The position numbers and the translations under genes were made by a program. A model generated the notes under the pieces. That model did not search any database. It was not told the DNA's origin and was given only the letters and a program-made list of their open reading frames with translations. 64,000 nucleotides of DNA from an uncultured bacterium (GTDB lineage: Bacteria; Omnitrophota; Omnitrophia; Omnitrophales; Aquincolibacteriaceae), in assembly GCA_964606385.1 (NCBI GenBank), contig CAZSFZ010000010.1, positions 512 through 64,511 of the forward strand, in the 5' to 3' direction. Shown in pieces: positions 1 through 9,694 of the stretch. Position 1 is the first letter of the stretch; every line of letters starts with the position of its first letter.

Positions 1-1
1 C

Positions 2-388
<387 letters not shown>

Positions 389-391
<3 letters not shown>

Positions 392-470
392 CAAAAGCAT
401 AGTTTGGATTTTGTCATCCCCGAATGCTTTTATCGGGGATCCACCCCTGGATTCCCGCTTTCGCGGGAAT
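389..470 (+). terminator. Three tandem stem-loops between thiC and ispG (389-416, 416-440, 451-470); putative terminator or attenuator cluster
   Basis: Perfect 8-bp stems: TGACAAAA/TTTTGTCA, ATCCCCGA/TCGGGGAT, ATTCCCGC/GCGGGAAT. Seen directly in sequence. No strong U-tract. Confidence 0.4.
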
Positions 471-500
471 GACATAAAAAATGATGTGAAAAATAAGATT

Positions 501-1574
501 ATGAAAAATCAAAATAAGATCTCCAGAAAAAAAACGCGTGCTGTTAAGGTCGGCGGTCTGGTGCTTGGGGATGGGCAGCCGATCCGCATCCAGTCCATGA
601 CCAAAGTACCGACGCGGGATGTGAAAGCGACACTAGAGCAGATCAGTCGCCTAGAAGAGGCCGGCTGCGAGATCGTGCGCGTCGCGTGTCCCGGCGAAGA
701 AGACGTTAGAGTCCTCGGAAAGATCAAGGCGAAGATCAAGATCCCGCTCGTGGCCGACATCCACTTCAATTACCGTTATGCCCTGATGGCGATCAATGAA
801 GGCGTGGACAAGCTGCGCCTCAATCCCGGCAATATCGGTGACAAGGACCGCGTGGGCGAAGTCGTGGAAAAGGCCAAACGCCATCATATTCCGATCCGGA
901 TCGGCGTGAATTCCGGGTCCCTTGAAAAAGACCTGATGGAAAAGTACGGGCCCACGCCCGAGGCGCTCGTCGAAAGCGCGCGCCGTCATGTAAAGATCCT
1001 GGAAGCGCTGGATTTCCATGATATCGTGATCTCGCTCAAGACGACCGATGTCCCCTCCATGATCGAATCCTACCGTCTCGCGAGCAGGGAATTCGATTAT
1101 CCTTTACACCTCGGCGTTACGGAAGCGGGAACGCTCATCCGCGGCAGTGTCTATAACGCGATCGGGGTCGGGACGCTTCTTCAGGAGGGGATTGGGGACA
1201 CGATCCGCGTCTCTCTCACGGCAGATCCCGTGGAAGAGGTCAAAGTCGCTAAGATGATCCTCGAATCGTTAGACCTCCGCCAGGGAGTGCGGGTGATCTC
1301 ATGTCCGACCTGCGGACGCTCCGAGATCGATACCGCGAAACTCGCCCAGGAAGTGGAAGCGCGTGCGATGAACCTTAAAGGTCCTCTAACGATTGCCGTG
1401 ATGGGATGCGCCGTGAACGGCCCCGGAGAAGCGCAGGGAGCGGATTTTGCCATCACCGGCGGACAGAAAAAAGGCATGATCTATATCGCGGGCAAGCAGG
1501 AGCGCGTGGTCGACGAAGCGCATCTGGTGGACGAACTCTTTAAAGAGATAGAGAAGCGCCAAAAAGCAATTTAA
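501..1574 (+). CDS. ispG: 4-hydroxy-3-methylbut-2-en-1-yl diphosphate synthase IspG/GcpE
   Basis: KKTRAVKVGG...IRIQSMT N-terminal motif and the CPTCGR / GCAVNGPGE Cys motifs typical of IspG. Start ATG 501 chosen by homology; GTG 486 and ATG 411 are alternatives. Confidence 0.9.
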   Translation: MKNQNKISRKKTRAVKVGGLVLGDGQPIRIQSMTKVPTRDVKATLEQISRLEEAGCEIVRVACPGEEDVRVLGKIKAKIKIPLVADIHFNYRYALMAINEGVDKLRLNPGNIGDKDRVGEVVEKAKRHHIPIRIGVNSGSLEKDLMEKYGPTPEALVESARRHVKILEALDFHDIVISLKTTDVPSMIESYRLASREFDYPLHLGVTEAGTLIRGSVYNAIGVGTLLQEGIGDTIRVSLTADPVEEVKVAKMILESLDLRQGVRVISCPTCGRSEIDTAKLAQEVEARAMNLKGPLTIAVMGCAVNGPGEAQGADFAITGGQKKGMIYIAGKQERVVDEAHLVDELFKEIEKRQKAI

Positions 1575-1587
1575 AAGAATAACCGCT

Positions 1588-1630
1588 TCACACCTCGCAG
1601 GTGTGAACCCCCTCACACCTACGAGGTGGG
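1588..1630. repeat. REP-like palindromic element, copy 1 (two hairpin units CACACCTCGCAGGTGTG and CACCTACGAGGTG)
   Basis: Near-identical composite palindrome recurs at 17969-18009 (18 of 19 nt identical in the longer unit). Confidence 0.6.
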
Positions 1631-1639
1631 GAAGGTTTT

Positions 1640-2725
1640 GTGAGCCAGGATCCCAGCCTTTTTACGGAAATCGTTAAAAAAATCCGAAGTCACGAGCGTC
1701 TTTCTGCTGAAGATGGGCTCCGGCTTTTCCGAAGTTCTGATATTCTCACCATCGGTCGGATGGCGCACGCGGTCCGGGAGCGGATGCACGGCCGCCGGGC
1801 CTTTTATGCCGTCAACCTTCACTTGAATCCCACGAATATTTGTTCCGTCCGCTGCGACTTTTGCGCTTTTTCCCGGGATGCCGGCGATGAAGATGCTTAC
1901 GCGCTCACCTTGGATGATATTGAGCAAAAAGTTAAGGAAGCCGCCGCTTGTTATCAGATCAATGAAGTTCATATGGTGGGCGGCCATAACCCGCAGCTCG
2001 GGCTCGACTATTATCTGGAGATGCTGAAGCGGATCAAAAAGACGGCGCCGGGAATTTTCATCAAGGCCTTCAGCGCACCTGAGATCGATTCCATGGCCCG
2101 GCAAGCAGGGATCTCCTGGGAGGAAGTTTTGCGTTCTTTGAAACAGGCTGGACTCGATAGCATGCCGGGCGGCGGCGCCGAGATATTCGATCCCGAGGTG
2201 CGGTCTAAAATTTGTCCAAAGAAAATATCCGGTGAAGCATGGATTGAGATCCACCGAATGGCGCACGGGATCGGGCTTCAAACGAACGCCACGATGCTTT
2301 ATGGGCATATTGAAAACGATGAACACCGCGTCGCGCATCTTATAAAACTCCGGGAACTTCAGGATGAAACCCAGGGGTTCAACGCTTTTGTGCCGCTTTC
2401 TTATCATCCCGGGAATAACCGGCTCCAGGGGATGCCGGAGACCGGCGGTTTTCTGGATCTGAAAGTGCTTTCCATTTCCCGGCTTCTTCTGGATAATATC
2501 TCTCATATCAAGGCCCACGGGTCGGCGACGGACCTGAAGTTCGTTCAGGCGGCGCTCTCGTTCGGGGCGGATGATATGGGGGGAACGAACCTTCACGAAA
2601 AAGTCATGCGGGAAGCGGGGGGGCGAGCCCCCGAGGGCTTAAGTTCCGACGACCTTGTCCGATGTATCATAGGCGCGGGATTTGAACCGTGCAGGGTCGA
2701 TAGTTCCTATACAGTCAAATCATAA
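1640..2725 (+). CDS. Radical SAM enzyme of the MqnC/MqnE (futalosine-pathway menaquinone, CofH-like) family
   Basis: CSVRCDFCAF CxxxCxxC motif. Length and overall pattern fit the MqnE/MqnC/CofH family. GTG start. Cannot tell MqnC from MqnE by eye. Confidence 0.65.
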   Translation: MSQDPSLFTEIVKKIRSHERLSAEDGLRLFRSSDILTIGRMAHAVRERMHGRRAFYAVNLHLNPTNICSVRCDFCAFSRDAGDEDAYALTLDDIEQKVKEAAACYQINEVHMVGGHNPQLGLDYYLEMLKRIKKTAPGIFIKAFSAPEIDSMARQAGISWEEVLRSLKQAGLDSMPGGGAEIFDPEVRSKICPKKISGEAWIEIHRMAHGIGLQTNATMLYGHIENDEHRVAHLIKLRELQDETQGFNAFVPLSYHPGNNRLQGMPETGGFLDLKVLSISRLLLDNISHIKAHGSATDLKFVQAALSFGADDMGGTNLHEKVMREAGGRAPEGLSSDDLVRCIIGAGFEPCRVDSSYTVKS

Positions 2726-2736
2726 AGGATTTTTGA

Positions 2737-3216
2737 ATGATGTCAGAAAAAGCGATCTTGACGCAGCAGGGTTATGACAAGCTTTACGAGGAATTGAATT
2801 TCCTGAAGACCAAAAAACGCCGCGAGGTCGCGGATCAGCTTGAGAAGGCCCGGGCGCACGGCGATCTCAGCGAGAATGCCGACTGGGAAACCGCCAAAGA
2901 GACCAAACACCAGCTGGAGATCCGGATCGGCCAGCTTGAGGCGCGGCTCGCGAACGCGAAGATCGTCAATAAAGAAGACATCGCCCAGGATAAGGCGTAT
3001 CTGACGGCCAAAGTCAAAGTCAAGAATTTGGATAGCGGTGATATCTTTGATTACACGCTCGTGTCCCAGGACGAGGCGAATTTCGACGAAGGAAAGATCT
3101 CGGTGACCTCGCCGATCGGCCGCGGGATCCTCGGAAAATCTTTAAGCGAAGAATTTTCGGTTCAAGTCCCGGCCGGAAAGCTCAAACTCAAAATCATGGA
3201 GATCCAATATGAATAA
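2737..3216 (+). CDS. greA: Transcription elongation factor GreA
   Basis: N-terminal coiled coil with GDLSENADW motif and a C-terminal FKBP-like domain, about 158 aa. Confidence 0.9.
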   Translation: MMSEKAILTQQGYDKLYEELNFLKTKKRREVADQLEKARAHGDLSENADWETAKETKHQLEIRIGQLEARLANAKIVNKEDIAQDKAYLTAKVKVKNLDSGDIFDYTLVSQDEANFDEGKISVTSPIGRGILGKSLSEEFSVQVPAGKLKLKIMEIQYE

Positions 3217-4024
3217 AACAGCCTCGTTTTTCCTCGCACCGATCACCTCGATTTTTTCCCGTGATGTTTATCAGGATGCTGCGAAGGCTTCAGGCGGCAA
3301 GGGAGTCCTTTATATTCTCTACTGGTCATTTTTAATCGCACTAATCGTTACCATAATGGTCGTTTCTCAGCTGATGCCTATGTCGGATAAGTTTGTTGCT
3401 TGGGCTCAAAAAGAAATGCCTGTTGTCATATGGACGCCAGATGGAATATCCCTTGCAGACGGACAAGAAAAAGCGATTTTAAATCACCCGACCTATGGTC
3501 CTATAGCCATTTTTGATATGAAAAAGACTTCAGTCACGAAAGAAGACATGAGGGAGGTATATGTTTTCGTCACTTCAACCAAAGTATTCGTGAAAAACGG
3601 ATCTGGTTCAATTGAAGAACGCAATATCACCAAGACGGGGCTCAAGGCTCAACGGGAACTTCCTCCCAAGGTGCGAATTACCGGAGAGTGGATAGGAAAA
3701 TTTTACCAGACCGCAAAAAGGGCTTTTATGCTTTTGTTCCCGTTTTTGGTGCTCGCTGGATCATTTTTTGCTTTTTTGATTGGAAATTTGTTGTATTCAA
3801 TCGCGGGTCTTTTGCTTAATTTAATGCGCAAGAGCAAGCTGCGGTATGGGGCGATTTTTAATCTTACTTGTTTCGCGACAGGCGTTTCATTAACCCTGAT
3901 GTTAATCAAAACTTTAACTCCGCTTCGTATGATGCCATGGCCTATTTCCATAAGCATTATTATCAGTTTGCTCTATATGTTTTTTGCGTTCAGGATTACG
4001 GATAGCGATAACGCCAAAGCCTAG
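3209..4024 (+). CDS. Hypothetical membrane protein (DUF1189-like)
   Basis: Start overlaps the greA stop. N- and C-terminal TM segments. Markedly lower GC than its neighbours. Confidence 0.5.
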   Translation: MNKTASFFLAPITSIFSRDVYQDAAKASGGKGVLYILYWSFLIALIVTIMVVSQLMPMSDKFVAWAQKEMPVVIWTPDGISLADGQEKAILNHPTYGPIAIFDMKKTSVTKEDMREVYVFVTSTKVFVKNGSGSIEERNITKTGLKAQRELPPKVRITGEWIGKFYQTAKRAFMLLFPFLVLAGSFFAFLIGNLLYSIAGLLLNLMRKSKLRYGAIFNLTCFATGVSLTLMLIKTLTPLRMMPWPISISIIISLLYMFFAFRITDSDNAKA

Positions 4025-4914
4025 AGGCAAGATTCGCTGGACAGGGAAGCGGGAAGTTTCTTTTCACGTTTGGTTTCAAAATAAGAGATCAGGGAACCGC
4101 TTCCCACGATCAGGCCGATACCGGTCGCTGTTACCCCTGTGACGGCATCTCCCCAGAACAGCCATCCGTATCCAAACGCAAGGACCGGATGAAGGTAGGA
4201 GAACGGTGTGACCAGATAGGCCGGAGCGCGGCGCAATGCGGTGGTCATCCAGACCTGTCCGTAGAAGGAAAAGATCACCACGCCGGCGACCAGTCCCCAT
4301 TCCCCGAGGGTCGGCCCCTTCCATTCCCTCAGGAAAAAAAGAGAGCCTATCGTTGAGATCATCGTGAAATAAAAGATCACGGTGTAAGGCGATTCGCGGT
4401 GCCGGATCGTGCGGATCGAAAGATAAGCAAAGGCCGCGAAGACCGAAGAAAGCAAGGCGAGCCACACATAAGCATTCCATGCCAGAGGAGCCCGGGCGTT
4501 AAGAAGGATGACGCCCGCGAACGATAAGAGGACCAGCAGGCACAGGGAAAAGCTGGGCCGTTCTTTCAAAAAAAAGAAGGAGAAAATGACCGTAAAGATC
4601 GGCGCCGTGTAATTCAGCATAATGGCCATCCCCAGCTCCATTTTGGAGATCGTATAAAAATGAAGGATCAGGGCTAAGAATCCGCAAACGCCCCGGGCCG
4701 TCAGCTTGAGCCTTTCTTCGCCCCAGAGCGAAACTTTTTTTTGCCAAATGAAAGGGAGCACGATGAGCATTCCGAAAAAGCTACGGAAGAAAACGATCTG
4801 GAAGGGAGACAGCGAAGCGCTGAGGTATTTAACGCAAAGGGCCATCGCGGAGAAACAGAGGGCGCTTTGCGACATCAGGCGGATCCCGGAAAGATAAAGT
4901 TTGGAGCGTTTCAT
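4021..4914 (-). CDS. EamA/DMT-family transporter
   Basis: About 10 TM helices and a duplicated EamA-like pattern. Confidence 0.7.
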   Translation of the reverse strand: MKRSKLYLSGIRLMSQSALCFSAMALCVKYLSASLSPFQIVFFRSFFGMLIVLPFIWQKKVSLWGEERLKLTARGVCGFLALILHFYTISKMELGMAIMLNYTAPIFTVIFSFFFLKERPSFSLCLLVLLSFAGVILLNARAPLAWNAYVWLALLSSVFAAFAYLSIRTIRHRESPYTVIFYFTMISTIGSLFFLREWKGPTLGEWGLVAGVVIFSFYGQVWMTTALRRAPAYLVTPFSYLHPVLAFGYGWLFWGDAVTGVTATGIGLIVGSGSLISYFETKREKKLPASLSSESCL

Positions 4915-4989
4915 ATATTTCGTTCAGCGCTCAACGCGCAACGTCAAAACCGAGGCTCTTTCGTTGTGCGTTGCGCGCGGCACGTTGCG

Positions 4990-6026
4990 CTAGGGTTTCA
5001 GAATGATCTTTCCGAAGTTTTCGCGGGAGAGCATGCGGTTCAGGGCTTGGCGCGCTTCCCTTAAAGGGAAAATCCGGTCGATCACGGGGCGCAACCGGCC
5101 GTCCTGGATACGCCGTACAATGCGGTGAAGTTCCTGGATCCCTCCCATGTAAGACCCCATAACAGAAAGCTGATGGGTGTAAAGGTAGCGGAGATCGAAG
5201 CTGACGGTACGGCCCGCGGTCGCTCCGCAGGTCACGATCCGGCCCTTTTTCTTAAGGCACAAAATGCTTTTTGTGAAAACTTCACCTCCGATATGTTCGA
5301 AAATAACGTCGACCCCTTCGCTTTGGGTGAGGCGCATCACCTCCGTTTGAAAATCCTTCAGTTTATAATTGATGACAAGATCCGCGCCGAGCGCTTTGGC
5401 CCGCTTGACCTTTTCTTCGCTTCCCACCGTAGTGATCACCCGGGCCCCCAGGAGTTTGGCGATCTGGATCGCCGCGCTGCCGATCCCGCTGCCCCCGGCA
5501 TGAATGAGCACCGTTTCTTTTTTTTGAAGGGAGGCGCGTGTGACGAGGATGTGCCAGGCGGTCAGGAACACGAGCGGGACCGCCGCCCAGGATTCCACGC
5601 CGAGTTTCCCCGGAACGGGAATAATGTTCCGCGCCGGGACCTTCACATATTCCGCGAAGCCCCCGTTATTCTGAAAACCCACGATCTCGTATTTCGGACA
5701 AAGACTGTCCCATCCCGACTTGCAGTAGGAACATTTCCCGCAGGAGATCCCGGGGGCGACGATCACGGGCTTATGGAGGGGAACCCCGTGAGCCTTTTTT
5801 CCTTTTTCGACGACTTCACCCGCGATATCGCAGCCCAGGATATGAGGCAGGCTGACCTTGACGCCGGGCATGCCCCCGAGCACCCACAGGTCCAAATGGT
5901 TCAGGGCGCAAGCCCCGACTTTGACCAGGGCATCTTTTTTCCCGATTTCGGGGATAGGGGCGTAAGTCTCTTCCAGTTCGGAAGTCGTACCGTGTTTTCT
6001 AAAAATAACAGCTTTCATTTTCGCCA
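4990..6026 (-). CDS. Zinc-dependent alcohol dehydrogenase / MDR-family oxidoreductase
   Basis: MAKMKAVIF...GACALNHLD...GHDIAGEV-like and GGSGIGSAAIQIAK Rossmann motifs. Start at ATG 6026 with an AAAGGA RBS. The ORF-track N-terminal extension is rejected. Confidence 0.85.
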
Positions 6027-6245
6027 TAAAAATTCCTTTGTTTGCGGAGTATACTTGAAATGCGAATCGAGGACAATGCTGATAGTCCCAATACCAACCA
6101 ATCGAAGCGAAGCTGAGATTGGGGCAATCCTGTCCTTGTCTTTTATTTTTTTGATTGAAGGTGACAAGGACTGTGCTGATTACCCGTATATTTTTAAATG
6201 GTTGAGAATCAGTGCTGACTTCCAATAGAGAAAAGAAAATAATAG

Positions 6246-6266
6246 TCAGGATGACAATTGTCCTGA
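6246..6266. promoter_or_regulatory. Operator-like palindrome TCAGGATGACAATTGTCCTGA (core GACAATTGTC) in the divergent adh/nth promoter region
   Basis: Perfect 10-bp palindrome inside a 270-bp divergent intergenic region, 35 bp upstream of the nth start. Confidence 0.3.
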
Positions 6267-6300
6267 ACGGGGGACCTTGTCTGTAGTATATTGTCGCTCT

Positions 6301-6966
6301 ATGAAGGAAACCTTGGAAGCCAGAAAAAAGAGGGTTCGGTCGATCTTCTGCCGTTTGCGCCGGGCTTATCCCGGTATCCAATGCGGCATTCATTTCTCGA
6401 CCCCTTGGGAATTACTGGTAGCCACCATCCTTTCCGCCCAGTGTACCGACAAGCTGGTCAATCAGGTGACGCCCGCTCTCTTCAAGAAATATCCCGATGC
6501 ACGGGCTTTTGCTGAAGCCGATCCCGGAGAAATTGAAAAAGCGATCCATAGCACCGGTTTTTACAGGAACAAGACCAAAAATATCCTCGGCGCGGCCCGG
6601 GAAGTTCTCGAGGGGTTCCAGGGTCAAGTTCCAGCCCGCATGGAGGATCTTGTGACGATCCCGGGAGTGGGTAGAAAAACGGCCAATGTGATCTTGGGGC
6701 ATGCGTTCGGCATACCCGGGATCTCGGTCGACACCCACATGATCCGTATCAACTTCCTTTTAGGTCTGACGCGCCACAAGGATCCCGTGAAGATCGAGTT
6801 CGACCTGATGCAGCTCGTGCCCCGCAGGAACTGGACGCTTTATTCAAGCCTTGTGATCCACCATGGCCGGGTCCGGTGTTTCGCACGAAGGCCCGATTGC
6901 GCCGGTTGCGAGATACGGGCCTATTGCCCTTATGGGAAGCGGCGGGTCGCGTCCGGGCGGGGATAG
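6301..6966 (+). CDS. nth: Endonuclease III (DNA glycosylase/AP lyase)
   Basis: HhH-GPD motif (IPGVGRKTANVIL) and a C-terminal 4Fe-4S Cys cluster CFARRPDCAGCEIRAYC. Confidence 0.9.
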   Translation: MKETLEARKKRVRSIFCRLRRAYPGIQCGIHFSTPWELLVATILSAQCTDKLVNQVTPALFKKYPDARAFAEADPGEIEKAIHSTGFYRNKTKNILGAAREVLEGFQGQVPARMEDLVTIPGVGRKTANVILGHAFGIPGISVDTHMIRINFLLGLTRHKDPVKIEFDLMQLVPRRNWTLYSSLVIHHGRVRCFARRPDCAGCEIRAYCPYGKRRVASGRG

Positions 6967-7036
6967 TTTTAAAGTTTACGCTCGGGGAATCCGAAACTTT
7001 AAGGAAGAGCGCATCACAGTATAAGAGAAAAGGGCT

Positions 7037-8833
7037 ATGACTCCTTTAAAAAATCCGCCGGCCGGACTGGTCCAGACCCCTGAGAATTTTTTCAGGCGTA
7101 AACAGCGCCAGGTTGCTTTTTATCTTAATACCACTTTCCGCCTTCACCTCATTCATTTCGGCTGCTGCCTCCTGATCATTTTTTTTCACATGCTGATCAT
7201 GAGCACGCCGCTCATGGAACGTTTCGAGAACGTTTTTGTCGATTTCTTTTTCCGACAGCGTCCCCCGGTCGCGATGCACCCGGCGATCGTCCATATCGAT
7301 ATGTCGGAAGACAGTCTCCAGGTGTTCGGCCGCTGGCCGTGGCCGAGGTATAACCACGCCGCCCTGGTGCATATCCTCCAGGAATGGGGGGCCAAAGAGA
7401 TCGTATTCGACGTGATCTTCAGCGAAGCCAGTACGACCTTTGATGACGAGGCGCTTAGCCAGGCGATCGAAGAGGCCGGGAACGTTTATTTGCCGGTCAT
7501 GCTGGAGTCCCAGCAGGGCGGAAAGAGCGCTTGGATCCACGCGATGCCGGAGTTTGAAAAATCGGTCAAAGGGCTCGGCCATGTGAATATTTTTCCGGAC
7601 CGGGACGGGACGATCCGCCGCGTGATGCCCGTGCTTTCCCATAACGGCGAGACCTACGCTTATCTCGGGGTCAAGGTGGCCTACGATTATCTCGGCAAGG
7701 ATATTCAAAAAGGGAAACTCAACTTTCCCACCGATCAGGAGGGCAGGCTCTTCATCAACTGGGTCGGGAAATGGAAGAATTCTTTCCAGCATTATTCTTT
7801 TCTGGAAGTGATCAAAAGCTACGCCGCGCTTCGCGAAGGCAAGACCCCGATCATCACTCCCGACAAGATCAAGGGCAAGATCTGCGTGATCGGCCTGACG
7901 GCGCTCGGGCTGACGGATATCAAGGCAAATCCGATGGAAGAAACTTATCCGGCGGTCGGGGTCCAGACCAATGTCATGAACAGCATTCTCATGAAACAGT
8001 ATGTCCGGCCCGTCAATATGAACTGGAACCGGCTGCTCCTTTTCGCGATCGGGCTCCTGCTCTCTTTTTTCTTTCTTTTTTCACGGCAGGTCCTTTCACT
8101 GATCGTCGGGCTCGGGTTCGGCTTTTTATGGTTTATTTTCGCTTTCTGGCTTTTTGTTGACCGCGGGATCCTGATCTATGTGATCAACCCGATCTTGATG
8201 ATCTTTTCACTTTTTGTGTTCTCAGCGGTCTTTTCGATCACGATCGGGAAGCGTGAGCAGGAACGCCTTTTCACCCTGGCGACCCGCGACGGCTTGACGG
8301 GACTCTATGTGATCCGCCATTTCCGCACCTTGCTCAATGACGCGGTCGTGGAGGCCCATAAAAAACAGCAGCCGCTTTCGATCATCCTGCTCGATCTCGA
8401 TTATTTCAAGAAGATCAACGATAAATACGGACACGTGGCTGGAGACGTCGCGCTTAAATATGTCGCGGAAAACCTGCGTTTGATGACCAAAAACGAGGAA
8501 GGCGCCGAAATGAACGCGGTGGGGCGTTACGGCGGTGAAGAATTCATCGTGATGTTCAAGAAATGCCATCTGATCGACGCGGCTTTTAATTACGCGGAAA
8601 AGATCCGAAAACAATTGGAACAGAACTCATTCAGCTATGAAGGCGTGAAGATCACGATCACCGTAAGTATCGGCGCCGCGACGCTGCGGCCCGGAGAAAC
8701 GGTTCCCGATTTGATGGTCCTTCGGGCGGACGAAGCGCTGTACCGCGCCAAGACGGAGGGCCGGAACAGGGTTTGTGTCGAGAAAGACGTTAATGAAGAG
8801 CCTGCCCCCCGGAAGGAAGAAGACGGCCACTGA
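7037..8833 (+). CDS. CHASE2 sensor-domain diguanylate cyclase (GGDEF)
   Basis: N-terminal TM, a periplasmic CHASE2-like region, three C-terminal TMs, then a GGDEF domain with GGEEF active site (RYGGEEFIV). Confidence 0.8.
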   Translation: MTPLKNPPAGLVQTPENFFRRKQRQVAFYLNTTFRLHLIHFGCCLLIIFFHMLIMSTPLMERFENVFVDFFFRQRPPVAMHPAIVHIDMSEDSLQVFGRWPWPRYNHAALVHILQEWGAKEIVFDVIFSEASTTFDDEALSQAIEEAGNVYLPVMLESQQGGKSAWIHAMPEFEKSVKGLGHVNIFPDRDGTIRRVMPVLSHNGETYAYLGVKVAYDYLGKDIQKGKLNFPTDQEGRLFINWVGKWKNSFQHYSFLEVIKSYAALREGKTPIITPDKIKGKICVIGLTALGLTDIKANPMEETYPAVGVQTNVMNSILMKQYVRPVNMNWNRLLLFAIGLLLSFFFLFSRQVLSLIVGLGFGFLWFIFAFWLFVDRGILIYVINPILMIFSLFVFSAVFSITIGKREQERLFTLATRDGLTGLYVIRHFRTLLNDAVVEAHKKQQPLSIILLDLDYFKKINDKYGHVAGDVALKYVAENLRLMTKNEEGAEMNAVGRYGGEEFIVMFKKCHLIDAAFNYAEKIRKQLEQNSFSYEGVKITITVSIGAATLRPGETVPDLMVLRADEALYRAKTEGRNRVCVEKDVNEEPAPRKEEDGH

Positions 8834-9198
8834 TGCCCAAGAAGATATTGATCATTGATGATGAACCCGTGGTGGTGACACTTCTCCGGAACCGGGTGGA
8901 ATCCCGCGGTTTTGAAGTGGAGATCGCCACGGAAGGGGCCGCGGCGCTTGAGAAGGCGAAGGCCTTCCGGCCGGACCTGATCCTTCTTGATATCGCCATG
9001 CCGGGCATGGATGGCTTCGAGGTCTGCCGCCGCCTTAAGGAGGCTCTGGGCACTCGGTCTATTCCCGTTGTGATCTTTACGGCTTCCCAGGAGGCCCGGC
9101 TTGAGGAACAGGCACGAGAGGCCGGGGCCTTCAAATTGGTTCGCAAACCCTTTGTGGACCAGCTTTTCAAAACGATCTCGGAGATCCTGGATTCCTGA
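8833..9198 (+). CDS. Single-domain response regulator (REC only, CheY-like)
   Basis: IIDDEP...LILLDIAMPGMDG...KPF receiver motifs. Start overlaps the stop of the CHASE2-GGDEF gene (ATGA). Confidence 0.85.
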   Translation: MPKKILIIDDEPVVVTLLRNRVESRGFEVEIATEGAAALEKAKAFRPDLILLDIAMPGMDGFEVCRRLKEALGTRSIPVVIFTASQEARLEEQAREAGAFKLVRKPFVDQLFKTISEILDS

Positions 9199-9199
9199 C

Positions 9200-9232
9200 C
9201 GCTGGCGCTTTTCCGGATGCCAGCGCCTTTGT
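9200..9232 (+). terminator. Putative intrinsic terminator after the REC gene
   Basis: 7-bp GC-rich stem (CGCTGGC/GCCAGCG) followed by CCTTTG. Modest. Confidence 0.35.
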
Positions 9233-9313
9233 GGACATAACCCCTTGTTCAGTGTATATTACAGCTCCGTTTGGCGAATTCATCACCGCACTCTTCCATA
9301 AAGGAGCCGTTCC

Positions 9314-9643
9314 ATGAGCAAAGAAAAGGTCCTGACCGATTCCAATTTTCAGACCGAAGTGCTTGATTCCAAGCAACCCGTCCTGGTCGATTTTTGGGCC
9401 GAATGGTGCGGGCCTTGCCGGATGCTCGGTCCCGTGATCGAAAAGATCGCGGCGGCCAATGCCGGCCGCGTCGTGGTCGGAAAAATGAATGTGGATGAGA
9501 ACCCGAATACCCCCCAGAAATACGGGGTCCAGGGGATTCCCACGGTCATTTTCTTCAAGGGCGGGGAAGTCGCGAAACAGCTTGTGGGTTATCAGGCCCA
9601 GGACAAGATCCAAAAAGCCATTGACGAACTTTTTCCCAAATAA
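9314..9643 (+). CDS. trxA: Thioredoxin
   Basis: WAEWCGPCRM active site, 109 aa. Confidence 0.95.
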   Translation: MSKEKVLTDSNFQTEVLDSKQPVLVDFWAEWCGPCRMLGPVIEKIAAANAGRVVVGKMNVDENPNTPQKYGVQGIPTVIFFKGGEVAKQLVGYQAQDKIQKAIDELFPK

Positions 9644-9694
9644 CCGCTCGATCGTCCTTCCTTCGGGTTTGTGGCCGGAACCGTTGCCTCTCTT

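Noticed and set aside
1619-2596. 325-aa minus-strand ORF opposite the MqnC/E-like radical SAM gene
   Set aside because: The plus-strand product has the CxxxCxxC motif and family-wide conservation. The minus frame has no recognisable domain.
5125-6228. 367-aa plus-strand ORF over the Zn-ADH gene, and the 467-aa extended minus ORF (4990-6393)
   Set aside because: The plus frame is antisense to a clear MDR dehydrogenase. The minus-strand extension upstream of MAKMKAVIF lacks an RBS and homology, whereas ATG 6026 has AAAGGA 8 nt upstream.
7046-7792. 248-aa minus ORF inside the CHASE2-GGDEF gene and 9167-9973 minus ORF over trxA/AKR
   Set aside because: Antisense shadows of well-supported plus-strand genes.
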